A stretch of 61,419 bases of DNA, counting the filler. It is 10 parts of 10 records of this genome, joined end to end, with 100 filler letters (N's around TTAATTAATTAA, not from the genome) between each part and the next. Parts side by side here need not be neighbours in the genome. Positions count along the whole stretch, not along the records: positions 1 to 9,484 come from SRR7504441_5519; positions 9,585 to 13,227 come from SRR7504441_5532; 8 more parts are not named here. One strand, 5' to 3'. Shown piece by piece: positions 1 through 11,228 of this stretch. The number at the start of each line of letters is the position of its first letter. Positions within the stretch are counted from its first letter, which is position 1. A program made the position numbers and the translations under genes. The notes beneath the pieces were generated by a model that saw nothing but the letters and a program-made list of their open reading frames with translations, did not search any database and was not told where the DNA came from.

Positions 1-720
1 CGCCCTGAACAGAGCTCACGGCCGCCCCGACAGCCGCGGGATCATGGGAGAATGCGCTGGGGACAACGACGGCGCGTACTGCTACACCTTGAAGTACAAC
101 GACGACGACGAGACACGTACCTGACCATCTTCGAGCGGCTCCAACAGGACGGGGGTTGGGTGACCAGGGAACTCGCAAACGCCCGCTTCGCAGCGCCCGC
201 GATCTTCAAGTGCCTTCCCGAGACCGCTGGAGGTGTTAGACAGACGCTGCAGAAGCAAACGATGCAATCGTACAAGCAATGTGTTAAGCTATGTCAAGCT
301 ATTCAAGCTATGGTGTTGCTATGTCAAGCTCTGGTGGACAATCAGCCGGTTATGCTATATATGTCAAGCTATGGTGTTGAAGGAGTGGTGGCAAACTCAT
401 TGCAAGCATTGAGCACGAGAAAAGAAGAACTGCACCTGCACATGTAGAGTGATCTGAAACATACCTCGCTTTGCTTGCTTTGCCTATGGCAAAGAACGAA
501 AATCCGGCAGCGAACGAAACTGATCCGTGACAATGTCGACCGAGCTTGATGTAATGTTACATCGACCCCATTTCTTATGACAAATGATTTCAACTCACTA
601 TTAACGAGATGAAACCACGTGAAACTTATTTTTACAATAGACCTAGGTTTCTTCCTCGGCTGCATGTCGTCGCACGTGTCGTTGGCGAGTCAAAGTTGCA
701 GTGCCTCTCTTGCAGCGACA

Positions 721-1601
721 TCAGGCAATGTTCGACCGCCGGTTGTAGTCGTCGAGCAGCGTCTGCACCCCCAACGGAATCGGGGATCCAGGATGCCTCC
801 TCACGGCTGCCTGCTGCACCACTTTATCGAGCAACCCTTTGCTCGAGGTGGCCGCCTGACCCCCCTCACCCCGCCGGCCGCCTGACTGGCTCACCTCGAG
901 CAGTCTGGCCTCCAGCTCGTCCTTGTCCGCCTCGGCTTGAGCCAGTTCCATCTTGGCGCTCGCGAGTTCCGCCTCAAGCTACCGGGCAAGGCTCAGCTCG
1001 CTCCTCCGCGCACACTCACCGCTTGCAGCGCAGCCCCCGGCTCCGAGCTACAGAAGCTCTCCACCTCCACCAGCTGTTCGCGCAGTTGCATCCTGCCCAG
1101 ACACATTCCCTCCAGCCCGGCCATTCCCCGGACCTTTCGGCCGTCGCCAGCATGAGCTCGGCGTCCTTGGCTTCCAGCTGGGCCCGCAGCCCGCTGAGGG
1201 CGCTGTTGCTGTCCCGCTCGTCCTTGAGCGCCTGTATCTGCCGCTGCTGGGCCTCGAGCTGCTCCCGCTGCTGCTCGGCCTCCGCCCACCACTGCGCCAC
1301 GTGAGTGCCAGCCCGCCCGGCCCCGCGCCTGCAGCGAGTTGTTGTACGCTGCCTCGGCCGCTTTGAACTGCCGCCGCCACTTCCCCACACTGGCCTCGAG
1401 CCCGTAGGTCCGCTGCACCGGCCGTGAGCCCACAGTCCGCCGGGCGGGTCCCACCGCCAGCTGGCCCCACCAGAGCCGGCAGTGCCGGTCAACGCCGGGG
1501 ACCGATCGACCGCCAGGCGGCGGGCCGGTGAGCCGGGCGGTGAGCCGGGGAAACAGACCCCTGGCGGCCAGCCAGAACGCGCCCGCCGCCAGCCGGATCA
1601 T
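721..1601 (-). CDS. Multi-exon coiled-coil protein of unknown function (ends approximate)
   Basis: Coiled-coil exons (WWAEAEQQREQLEAQQRQIQALKDERD; ELAQAEADKDELEARLLE) lie in different frames and can be joined by short introns, e.g. CAG|GCGCGG...GCAG near 1293-1329. Confidence 0.5.
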
Positions 1602-1647
1602 GACTGAGGCTGCCCACCAGGCGAGCCGGTGCAACATCTCAAACCAA

Positions 1648-2460
1648 ATGAAAATGTTGGACGGTGAAGACGCCGCACAGCAGGAGGCTGAGGAGGACGG
1701 TGACGGGAGGCGGGCGGTGCTGCTGCTCGGGTGGACGGGCTGCAGACCGCGGCACTTGGCCAAGTATGCTGAGCTCTGGCGCGAGCTGGGCTGGAGGCCG
1801 ATCTGCCACACGGAGCACTCCAGCCTGCTGACTCTGCTCCGGCCCGGCAGGATGGACGCGCTGGCCCGTCGCCTGCTCGAGCAGGCTGTCCGGGTGCAGC
1901 CGGCCGCCGTGCACGTGTTCTCAAACGGCGGCGCCCTGCTCTGGACCCGTGTGCTGGCGCTAGCCGCCCGGGGCGTCCAGCGCGGGGCGCTGGATCGGCT
2001 GGAGTGCCAGGTCCTAGATTCAACCCCCGGCAATTTGGCCGACATCCGGGCCGGGTTCCACTTTTGCTGGGCGATGGCCCGTCGATGGTGGCTCCGGCTG
2101 CTCGTGCTCGTGCTGTTCCCGTTCCTGGCTGCGGCGGCGGGAGCAGGCTACTTGGTGACGCTCCAGTGGCTTCCGGGCTGGTCTCGGGACCTCCGGTGGA
2201 AGGCGGCCTGGGCGCGGCACCTGCAGGCGCTGGGGGTGCGACGGCACCTGGTGCTGCTCTCGGCGGACGACAAGCTGATAGCGCGCGACTCAGTGGTCCG
2301 GTTTGCGAGGATGCTGGCCGGAGGAGGGAGGGAGGTCAAGGTAAAGGAGTGGCCCGAGAGCAGGCACTGCGAGCACCTGCGGCTGCACCCGGACGAGTAC
2401 CGGACCGAGCTGCGGCAGTTCTTGACCGCCGGTGCAGAGCCACGGGCGAGCTGTACTTGA
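1648..2460 (+). CDS. TMEM53/DUF829-family alpha/beta-hydrolase-like protein
   Basis: Motifs VLLLGWTG..RHLAKYAELW, HVFSNGG, VLDSTPG, SADDKLI and SRHCEH..HPDEY are typical of DUF829. Confidence 0.8.
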   Translation: MKMLDGEDAAQQEAEEDGDGRRAVLLLGWTGCRPRHLAKYAELWRELGWRPICHTEHSSLLTLLRPGRMDALARRLLEQAVRVQPAAVHVFSNGGALLWTRVLALAARGVQRGALDRLECQVLDSTPGNLADIRAGFHFCWAMARRWWLRLLVLVLFPFLAAAAGAGYLVTLQWLPGWSRDLRWKAAWARHLQALGVRRHLVLLSADDKLIARDSVVRFARMLAGGGREVKVKEWPESRHCEHLRLHPDEYRTELRQFLTAGAEPRASCT

Positions 2461-2618
2461 GCACTGAATGAAAATTCAATAGTTTTATCAGTTGGAATTG
2501 TTGTTTCATGTAGCAGTTTTTAAATCTGTCCACCCGCGCAACCCGCTTCACTAAGCATATCGGTACACCCAATATGACATCAAACATAAATACAATTGCC
2601 ATTCTCGCATGCCCGCTA

Positions 2619-3444
2619 CTATCTAGTAGGATTGATGCTAATCTTTGATCTCATCCTCTGTACATTCTTGATACTCGGCCCCCTCTCCTCGTCTTCCGGC
2701 CAGGTCTGAATGTACTCAACCGCCGACACAAACCCGGTGGCCTCCCGGCTGCTCTCAAACTCCGAACCGGCCGGCCGATCCATCCGTCTGCCATACTTGG
2801 CCAGAGCTTCCGACAACACCCGGCGCTCACTCATGCAGTCCACCCCTTTGGCCCGCCGGAGCCAGCGGATCCCAAGCGCATGGCTCCGCCGCCCACCGCA
2901 GCCGGCTATGTACGCCTGGCCCAGCTTGTACATACTCGGCCGGTGCCCCGCCTCGGCCGCCCGCCCCCACCAGAACACCTACCTCCCCATCCCCCCTGGC
3001 CGGGCTGGCGGGCTCACCGCCTGCTCAGGGCTGCACTGCGCACCCTCCTTGCCGTGCAGGAACTGGTCCCCCAGCCGGGAGGCGCTCGGCGCGTCTCCTC
3101 GCTCGGCCGCCGCGGTCCGCCACTTCTGGGCGGTCCGCTGGTCGCCGGCCGCTTCGAAGTGGCTTGCCAATTGCGCCATGGCCGACACGTCACCTGCACC
3201 GGTGTTCTGCTCGCCCACGCGGCAGGGCACCGTCGGCCGCCCGCCGGCTGCTCTCGAGTAGGGCCACCGCGGGCGCCATGTCGGCTGCTGGCGCCCGGTC
3301 CAGCGCGGCGGCCCTCTTTTCCAGTTGCCGGCACACGCCCGCCGTGGGGCTCTCGGCCGGCGGGCAGCGCGGCTTGCGCCGCTTGGGCCGGTCGGGGCTG
3401 CTCTTGGGCCGGGGCGCGCCCGACTCCTTCCAGTACACCCGCAT
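2619..3444 (-). CDS. Sel1-like repeat protein (multi-exon)
   Basis: Repeats AQKWRTAAAERGDAPSASRLG and WWGRAAEAGHRPSMYKLGQAY..G.G.....GIRWLRRA. Confidence 0.7.
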
Positions 3445-3535
3445 CTTTGGCGCCACCCAGTTGGCGTTGTACCTATTATTAGACCTCCAACTTGAACTCT
3501 TCGTGATCCACAACCGTTCGACACACACTCGCACG

Positions 3536-5274
3536 ATGGTGGCCACGAGGCGATCCCCTGGCGGGCTCCCGGAGATCCCCGAGTCAGCCCGGGCCGAGCA
3601 GCGCTCGCCGGCCGCTCAGCCGGCGAAGCTCAAATCCTCGCGTTCGGCCCCGGGAAGGCTCGGGGTGCACCGGCAGCCGAGCCGGCAGAATTCCTTCGGG
3701 CTCGAGATGGGCACTTCTCTCTCGCTGGCCGACAGGGATGTACTCAAGCACGCGCTCGAGGAATACGAGTACCGCCCCGGCCGGGCTGCCCGAGCCCCCG
3801 GGCCAGGCACATTTCGCCCAACCTGTCCATTTTTGAATACCTGTGGCTGGAGGCGCTCTGGAATTGGTGCCAGCGTCGGCTTTACCCCAAGTGGCTGGCC
3901 CCCAACCTGATCACGCTCACCGGATTCCTGTGCATCATGGTACGCCCCCCCCCCGCCCCGCGCCTGACACGCCGCAGACTTCGTTCATACTGATGCTCTA
4001 TCTGAGCCCCCGGCTGGACGGCTCGTGCCCCGTCTGGTGCGCCGGCCCGACCGCCGGCCCGTCGATCCGCGGCCAGGTGGTCTGGACTCACCGCGGTCAC
4101 CTGCTTTCTGTACCAGACCTTTGATGGGAGCGACGGGAAGCAGGCACGCGCCACAAAGTCCGGCTCACCTCTCGGCGAGCTGTTTGACCACGGAGTGGAC
4201 GCCTTGGTCACCGTGGTGTACGTCAGCTTCAGCATCGAGCTTCAGGGGCTCGGGATCGACTCGCCTCTGGCGCTGGCCTCGCTGGTGCTCAGCCAGGCCG
4301 CTTTCTTCATGTCGAATCTCTCTCTCCTGCACAGCGGCAAGCAAGAGTTCAACACCGTGGACTCCCAAGAGGTCCTTGCACCGGCCGGCCAGCCAGCCAG
4401 CCCGGGGGCAGAGCCAGGTGGTGATCCAGCTGGCGCTGCTGATGAACGTGTTTGTCAACAAGTCAGTTTGGCTCACGCAGATCGATCTGCCTTTCAAGAA
4501 CATCGCGTGGCTCATCCAAATGGTCTTGCCCGCATGGCCGGCACCGGCGACGGGGGGCAGCTGCCGGCGAACGTGACGCGCGACGTGATCGTGCCTGGAC
4601 ACTCAACCAAGTTTTACGTGCGTGGTCTGCTGATGGTCTGGGCGGCCTGCTGCATGTCCTACAACTGCCTCCGAGGTGAGACAATTAAACTGGCAGCCAC
4701 TCACGCTGGGGCAGCGATCAGCACAATCGCGTCGCATTACTTCATTCACGTGTCGGACACGCTCGAATACTACAGCCCGCTCCAAGGGCGCTCACCGAAA
4801 GAAGGACATGGGATCGTGGCATTCATCCAGCAGCTCGGCACTATGCTCGTTTATGTCTTCCTCAACTGCATCTGCTGGAGCAGCGCAATGGCCGAGGCCG
4901 CATCTAACCAAGAGGCTGGCTCGCCCTCCTCGTCCTTCTCGACCGGATGGGGCAATACAGGGGCCGAGGCTGGAGCTACGTCGCCTCACCTGCCCGTATG
5001 CTGGCTGGTTCTGATGTGCTACACGTTCGGAGATCTGATGGACCACATGCTGCTCTGCCGCGTGGGCCAGCTCAAGTTCCCGCCGTTGTATCGGAACCGC
5101 GGGTTCTGGTTCCTCACGGCTTTCTGGATCTGCATAGGCCAAAACACGCTAGTTTATGGCGTGACAGTGCTCGCTGTTGCATCGCACTTTCAGTACGCTT
5201 CCTCCATGGGCCGCACCGTGTGTGCGTGCCTCGGCATCAAGGCGTTTTCTATACCTTACAAAGCCGACGAATGA
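3536..5274 (+). CDS. CDP-alcohol phosphatidyltransferase (choline/ethanolamine phosphotransferase-like), multi-exon
   Basis: Spliced reading gives YPKWLAPNLITLTG and the signature YQTFDGSDGKQARATKSGSPLGELFDHGVDA, followed by many TM helices. Confidence 0.88.
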
Positions 5275-5533
5275 TTGGGCTGACCGAAACCACCCAACGA
5301 TGCGCTGTTGCTCAGTTGTTGTAAATTCGATGCACACTGGGCCTCTATCAAATGCAAACCAATCGCTATAGTCATTCAAGACACGTAGACACATACATGC
5401 ATTCCACGTAAAATAAAAGCCGTACAAGAACGCGCTAGGCTTACTCGTACGCTAGGCTAAAGTCACCTCGCCGGCGTATCGAAGTTGTAACGGCTTGCTT
5501 CGCGCCGGATATCAGAGCAGCACTGAGTCAGTG

Positions 5534-5818
5534 ATGGGCGGCCCCGCCCGGGCGCTGTACCGGCAAGCGCTGCGCGAGTGCGGGCGGTTGCCCCGACAGC
5601 TGCGGCGCAAGCTGCGGCACAACGTGCGCGAGCTGTTCGAACTGGACAGGGACGAGTCCGACCCCGGTGCGCCGGCCCGCGGCCCAGCTGACCGGACGGC
5701 AGCCAAGCGGCGGGCGTTGCTCGAGGCCGGGCGGGACGACCTGGAGACACTGCGGCTGCTGGCTGGACGGACTCGCGAGCTGGAGTACATCATAGGCCCG
5801 GCACCGCCCGGCGGCTAG
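5534..5818 (+). CDS. LYR-motif (Complex1_LYR) small protein
   Basis: N-terminal ARALYRQALRECGRLP....RHNVRELF. Confidence 0.75.
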   Translation: MGGPARALYRQALRECGRLPRQLRRKLRHNVRELFELDRDESDPGAPARGPADRTAAKRRALLEAGRDDLETLRLLAGRTRELEYIIGPAPPGG

Positions 5819-5909
5819 CCCGGCGCGCTGATAACAATGAGAATTCAGTACACAATGTACTCATGTAGATAGGCAGAGCGTGGTTTATTGAGTGACGCAC
5901 CATGTGCTG

Positions 5910-6776
5910 TCACTTGCACCGGGCGCATACGTTCCCGGGCTGGTCGCCCATAGGCTTGGTGCAAAGTGCACACCGGGGCACTTTTTGAGCCTCGCCCACT
6001 AGCTTGGCCGCCTGCGCACTCGTGTCCACCCCGGAGACCTTGATCCCCGCGAGCTGTGACGCGATGTCGTCCGGCTGCGCCTTCCGGTTGGCCATGGTCT
6101 CCTCGAGCCCCTCGGAGCTGTTTGCTTTGCCTGATTGGTTGTGGGTGTACCGTTTCACCTCATACACAACACCCCGCTCGATCTTCTGGGCCGCCCTGCC
6201 GGCTTTATTGATCGAGGCCCGGCACGCGTTCTTCACGCCGGTGCTCAGGTCCACCCCGCCTAAATCTTTCTTAAACCTGCCCCCCGCGCTGGCAGCAGCC
6301 CAGGGCCCGCGGGCTTGCCTTCCAGCTCCGGTGAGCGCTTTAAGCACCGCCTGCACCGCCTCCAAGGTGGGCACGTCCTCACACCCGTCCAGGTCCGCCT
6401 GAAGATCGGTCCCCACGATCTCGACTGCCTTCTTGGCCGGGGCACCCGCCAGGTTCCGCCGGGTCAGCTCCGCCGTCAGCGGCAGCTTCCCAAACCCCTG
6501 ATGGTACCCGGCCCGGGAGAGCCCGCGCAGCAGACCCCACTTGACCGCCCCGCCCAGCCCGGCCAGCGTGCTGTCCACCTCCGGCTCTAGCTCGCCGGCG
6601 CCCCCCGCCCAGCCCAGCAGCGCGAACACGGCCTGCTGGCAGCGCGGCTTGACCTCGGCAAGCGCGTCCTTGTCATCTCCGCACGCGTCGAACTCGGCAG
6701 CCGCCGCTACCACAGCCGCCAGCAACTCCGCGCCTCCCAGCTCCGAGCTCTCCGGGCTCGCGTTCGCAGCAGCCAT
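5910..6776 (-). CDS. Hypothetical protein with C-terminal CxxC...CxxC
   Basis: Intronless 288-aa ATG ORF with coding-like composition, ending CALCTKPMGDQPGNVCARCK. Confidence 0.7.
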   Translation of the reverse strand: MAAANASPESSELGGAELLAAVVAAAAEFDACGDDKDALAEVKPRCQQAVFALLGWAGGAGELEPEVDSTLAGLGGAVKWGLLRGLSRAGYHQGFGKLPLTAELTRRNLAGAPAKKAVEIVGTDLQADLDGCEDVPTLEAVQAVLKALTGAGRQARGPWAAASAGGRFKKDLGGVDLSTGVKNACRASINKAGRAAQKIERGVVYEVKRYTHNQSGKANSSEGLEETMANRKAQPDDIASQLAGIKVSGVDTSAQAAKLVGEAQKVPRCALCTKPMGDQPGNVCARCK

Positions 6777-6887
6777 GTAAGCTGCGCGCGTCCGTCCCGC
6801 TTCTTTTTTGCCAGCCGCGGAGCGGAATCACAAGACGAAGGACCGGGAATCTCGAATATTCGCTCGTGGCGAGGGATAACTGTGGGC

Positions 6888-9176
6888 ATGATTCTGTGTG
6901 CCCGGCTGGCTCCGCGGGTGGCGTGTGCGGCGCCGCTCCTGGACAGGCCAGGCCCGTCGCAGCTTGCTCGCCGACAGATCCAACTGGAAGAGCTCCGGTC
7001 ACACACCCGGCCCGAGAGCTGCTGGGTGGCTCACCTAGGCAAAGTTTACGACGTCACCAGCTTCCTGGCCGCACACCCGGGCGGCCGGGCCGCCGTGCTG
7101 TTCGCCGCCGGTGCCGTGCCTGGCGGCCCCGGCGGGCGAGCCTTGTGGACCAGGTCAGGACTTGACCAGCTTCTGGAATCAATACCCCATACACTACCGC
7201 AAGAACGCCGCCAACACGCTGGAGCCCTACCTCGTGGGCGAGCTCTCCGAGGCCGACCAGGCGGTGCTCGAGCAGCCCGGGCAGCTCACGGCCCACCGCG
7301 GCCGGACTGCCTCCCGACGCTGGTGCGATACGGTCCCCACACTCCTCGAGATCGGGCTGTCGGCCCCTCTCTGGATTGCGCTCCGGTGCTGCCTGCGGGC
7401 GCTGGGCTGGGCGGTGCCCTGGCTCGGGCAGCGGCTGGCGGACGCGGTCAGCTGGCGGCTACCGGTGTCGGTACCTGGATACGGCGCCAGTGCACCACTC
7501 AGGCCGCGCGGGCGGGTAGCAGTCGTGGGAGGTGGGATCGCAGGCGTGGGCTGTGCATACACTCTGGCCGAGTCGGGATACGAGTGCGGCCAGCCCCGAG
7601 CACGGGCGGCTCAATATGTGGACAGGGTGACAGTGTACGAGACCCGTGAGCAGCTCGGGGGGAACGCGCAGGTCGGTCATTTCGAGAACGGGAATGGCAC
7701 GGTGATCCAGCACTGTTGGGCGAGTCCGCGAGCCCAGGATAGGTCTCTCAGGACCTGTCGGTGCTGTTCTGGGCGCCCGAGTACTACAAGAACTACACGG
7801 CGCTGCTCGGTCGGCTCGGAGTGACCCCTGAAAGCGTGGGAGTGGCGTACGTGCTTTGCACAAACAAGTTCAGGTGGCCGCGCTCGGACCGGTCTCGCTC
7901 ACGCAGGGGCAGCGATGAGTTGGAGTACTACACCCCGCCCGGGAGCGAACTGCACGGGCTGCTTCCGGACAGTCTCGAGCGCCGGTTCGCAGGGGACTTT
8001 GAGCGGTATGACAGAATGATCTCCTGCATCGCCAAGGTGGAGTGCCACCTGTGGGCTGGCTGAGTGCGCTCTAGATGAATACTTTCTTCTGCTTGGGAAA
8101 CAACTCGCCCAGCTTTTACAAACTGGCCACCAGCCCTCTGGGCGGGCTCAACCCGCTGAATTTCATTTCCAACAGGCAACGAGCCATTGGTCAGCTCGTG
8201 TTGATAGGTTTGTAACAGGACCTTCTCACGGTGGTTTGGAATCAGCGACGACTTCTACACGAGCATCCTGCAGCCCTTTCATGGGATACAGTTCAGCACG
8301 ATCAAGATGGAGCATATCCCGGCCGTGGCGATGCAGGCTCTGGACGAGATTGTGCCACTCACGGGCACCAGAGAGCACACCTCGTGGGGCGTGGGCAACT
8401 CGCAGCAAGTATTCAGCCTGGCCACCACCAAGTGCCAGGTCCATCTCGAGCGCCGGGTGCTCGCCGTCGAGTGGGACGACGACTCGCAGACGAACAGAGT
8501 CACGGATGACTCGGGCAGCACGTGTGAGTTTGATAGAGTAGTGTTTGCGTGCCCGTCACACGCTGCGGCAAACATCATGCGGGACGCTGGCCGGTACGAG
8601 CGGAATCTGCTGCAGGCCGTCGGCTACCATGACGATTTCGACAAGGAGGACTGGGCCGATTGGCTGGAGGCGCCGGTGCACCAGGACACCGTGTGCATGC
8701 CCGAGAAGCACAGGAAGGCGCTGATGGAGCACTGCGCCTTTCTGATCGATACGGACGTGCACGGCGCGCAGGACGGCACGAGCAATACGCAGTACACCCA
8801 CTGCCTCGGCTCGTGGAGTCCGTCCGCCAAAGCTGCGGGCGTGGCCGGGGCGGACGGCGTGCCCATGTTCATGAGCCAGTGCCTGCACAAGGACACCGAG
8901 CTTGACTCAGGCAAAGTGGTCAAGACGTTCAGCGCGCCGCGCTCACACCCTGACCTTTCGACCTCCAACATAATCGCCACGCAGCTGATGAGGTTTATTC
9001 AGGGCAGGAAGGGCCGGTACTTTTGCTCCAACTACACCGCGCCTGGCAACGGGCACGACCTGAGCTTCCTGAGTGGTGTGTCGGTGGCCACGGCGCTCGG
9101 AGCCGAGTACCCGTTCCCCGAGAATGCGGGCGCCGCGCAGGACCACTGCGATATGAGAAGCTTTATGGGCCTGTAG
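6888..9176 (+). CDS. Cytochrome b5 domain fused to FAD-dependent oxidoreductase (COG2907/amine-oxidase-like), multi-exon
   Basis: Cyt b5 motif CWVAHLGKVYDVTSFLAAHPGG..GQDLT; Rossmann motif VAVVGGGIAGVGCAYTL...VYETREQLGGNA; C-terminal FDRVVFAC, IQGRKGRYFC and GHDLSFLSG. Confidence 0.8.
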
Positions 9177-9484
9177 GCCCGCACCATTGCATGCTTGTAT
9201 AGATCGAGCCTAGATTTCAAGAGCAAGACGTGAGCAAGATTCATAGCCGGATTCAGAAGAAATGGATTGGCGATTGCAAAATAGACTTCAATTATAACCC
9301 TTGTAATAAATAAACCATTGATTCGAGTCAGGATTGGCCTATACGTTGTGTTGTCCGATCAGCCCATCGAAACATTTGCATTTTTCGCTGAAGTCTGTTC
9401 AGGCGCCGGCCGGCGCTAGACAGACTGGGCTATGATTGGGCTCATCTTAATTAAGGAGCGGTTCGAGTGGTCCTAGGCCGGCCC

Positions 9485-9584
9485 NNNNNNNNNNNNNNNN
9501 NNNNNNNNNNNNNNNNNNNNNNNNNNNNTTAATTAATTAANNNNNNNNNNNNNNNNNNNNNNNNNNNNNNNNNNNNNNNNNNNN
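9485..9584. other. Artificial contig linker N44-TTAATTAATTAA-N44 (also 13228-13327, 16642-16741, 25735-25834, 38545-38644, 42347-42446, 48728-48827, 53344-53443, 58270-58369)
   Basis: The identical 100-bp spacer, with stops in all six frames, occurs nine times. Genes are truncated at these points, so adjacency across linkers is not biological. Confidence 0.98.
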
Positions 9585-10838
9585 ACTGAGGAGGCACAGA
9601 GCACGACAGCGGCAACCACAAAGGTGGAGGCCCCAGCAGTTGCAGCAACAGGCGAGGCGAAGGTTGCAGCACCAACAGGGAAGACACAGGACCAAGTAGC
9701 AGGTCAGGCTGAGGACCCAACAGCTACAACGGGGAAGACAAAGGCTGCCACAGCAGTCGCACGAGAGGCAGGAGGAGCAGAGGGCTCAGAAGTAGCAACA
9801 AAAACGGGGCGAGCGGTTGAAGACCCTAAAGCTGGGACCAAAACCGAGTATCGGCGACTCAAGGCCAAGTATCATCAAGCTGTGGTGTGTGGTGTCAAGT
9901 ATGGCTGGGACAAGCCTGCATGCGTGGCCCAGCTTAGTGCAGTCGAGGCCCGTCTCCAGGCTGACCGAGTGCCTGTCGATCGCCAGCCGGAGATGGCGCT
10001 GCAGATGGTGGTCCAGGCACTCAAGCCCCAACTCCAGGCTAAAGCTGCCCAAGCTGACCTGTTGGCCCGCTCGCTTCGCTTGCTCAAGGTGGTCGGTGCC
10101 GCACTCGAGGGCAATCAGCCTCAGCTCCGGCTAGCGCTGACTAGCTGGCAGGCTGCCTTCAGTGCCGGCCGCAGTGTGCAGCTGGACGAGCTGGAGGCTG
10201 AGCTGGAGGCTGAGCACCGGGAAGGGCAGCTGATGGCGCAGGCCGAGCTCCGGATGACGCAGCTCGAGGCCGTGCTTGACGCCGGCTGCGGAGGCTGCGC
10301 CGGTACCAGCCACCAAAAGGGCTGTTCATCTAGCACGGCTGCTTGGGCCCAATCAGATCGGCCAGCTGAATCTGGGCAGCACCCAGCCCCAAGTGCACCC
10401 TCGCAGCATGATCAGTCGGGCACTGTACGAGAGGATCTGAAAGGCACTGAAGTACAGACCAGGCCCATGCAGCCAGATTACTCGTCGTTGCTCGACGGTG
10501 CTGACGTGGCGGAAGCGCAGGGGACGGGAATGGGTGTTGAGCCTGCTGGCAGTGGTTTGCAGTCAGACTATTCGCCATTGCTCGGGGAGACTGATCGGGA
10601 GTTGGGAGAATCTGAGGGCCTGGTGGGAGGTGCTGAGCCAGCGAGCGGCGGCTTGGCCAAGAGGAGGCCGTTCACCGAAATCTGGTCCAAAGACACAGCC
10701 CGTACAATCGCTCTTCCAAGCATAGTATTAAGGACACTGGAACGGGTCTGGCGCAGCCAAACATGCACTTGGCTGGGCTTAATGATCCGATCTTGGAGCA
10801 CAAACTACCAAGACTTCATCGTGAAACAATACTATTAA
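9585..10838 (+). CDS. Intronless hypothetical protein, 5'-truncated, possibly transposon-derived
   Basis: ORF of >400 aa with low-complexity N-terminus, coiled coil and internal repeat QPDYSSLL/QSDYSPLL. No recognisable catalytic motif. Confidence 0.5.
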   Translation, partial: TEEAQSTTAATTKVEAPAVAATGEAKVAAPTGKTQDQVAGQAEDPTATTGKTKAATAVAREAGGAEGSEVATKTGRAVEDPKAGTKTEYRRLKAKYHQAVVCGVKYGWDKPACVAQLSAVEARLQADRVPVDRQPEMALQMVVQALKPQLQAKAAQADLLARSLRLLKVVGAALEGNQPQLRLALTSWQAAFSAGRSVQLDELEAELEAEHREGQLMAQAELRMTQLEAVLDAGCGGCAGTSHQKGCSSSTAAWAQSDRPAESGQHPAPSAPSQHDQSGTVREDLKGTEVQTRPMQPDYSSLLDGADVAEAQGTGMGVEPAGSGLQSDYSPLLGETDRELGESEGLVGGAEPASGGLAKRRPFTEIWSKDTARTIALPSIVLRTLERVWRSQTCTWLGLMIRSWSTNYQDFIVKQYY

Positions 10839-11228
10839 TTATTATTATGCCGGAAGAACAATTGTACAGGCCGTGTTTTTGGACCAGAGTTCGTTGAACA
10901 ATACTAAGTCTAGCGTGAAATACCAAGATTTCGTCGTAAAACAATACTACTTAAATACTATGAACTCAGTCTACTACTTATTAAGCTTACTGAATGCCTT
11001 AGTAGTAATCGGGTGACCACCACGGTCACCGGCCACCGGCTAAGGGGGGTCAGACTCACCTCGCGTGAGCTGGACCTAATGGACCTAATGGACCTTGCCA
11101 TGTCATCACACCCTTATCCTAGCTTTTATTTAGTTAATTTATCCAAATCTAAACAAAGCTAAGATGAACGCCCTAGAGAACTTTGATTGATTGATAAAAA
11201 GCGCCAACACAACGAAGAGGTGGACTGA

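Noticed and set aside
52-447. 131-aa ORF as a discrete gene
   Set aside because: It is at the window edge, its C-terminal half runs through a DNA repeat, and no motif is recognisable.
9455-9484. GGTTCGAGTGGTCC resembling a tRNA arm or B-box
   Set aside because: No cloverleaf can be folded, and the sequence is truncated by the linker.
9529-9540. TTAATTAATTAA between N runs as a biological repeat or CRISPR-like unit
   Set aside because: It is an artificial concatenation spacer with six-frame stops.
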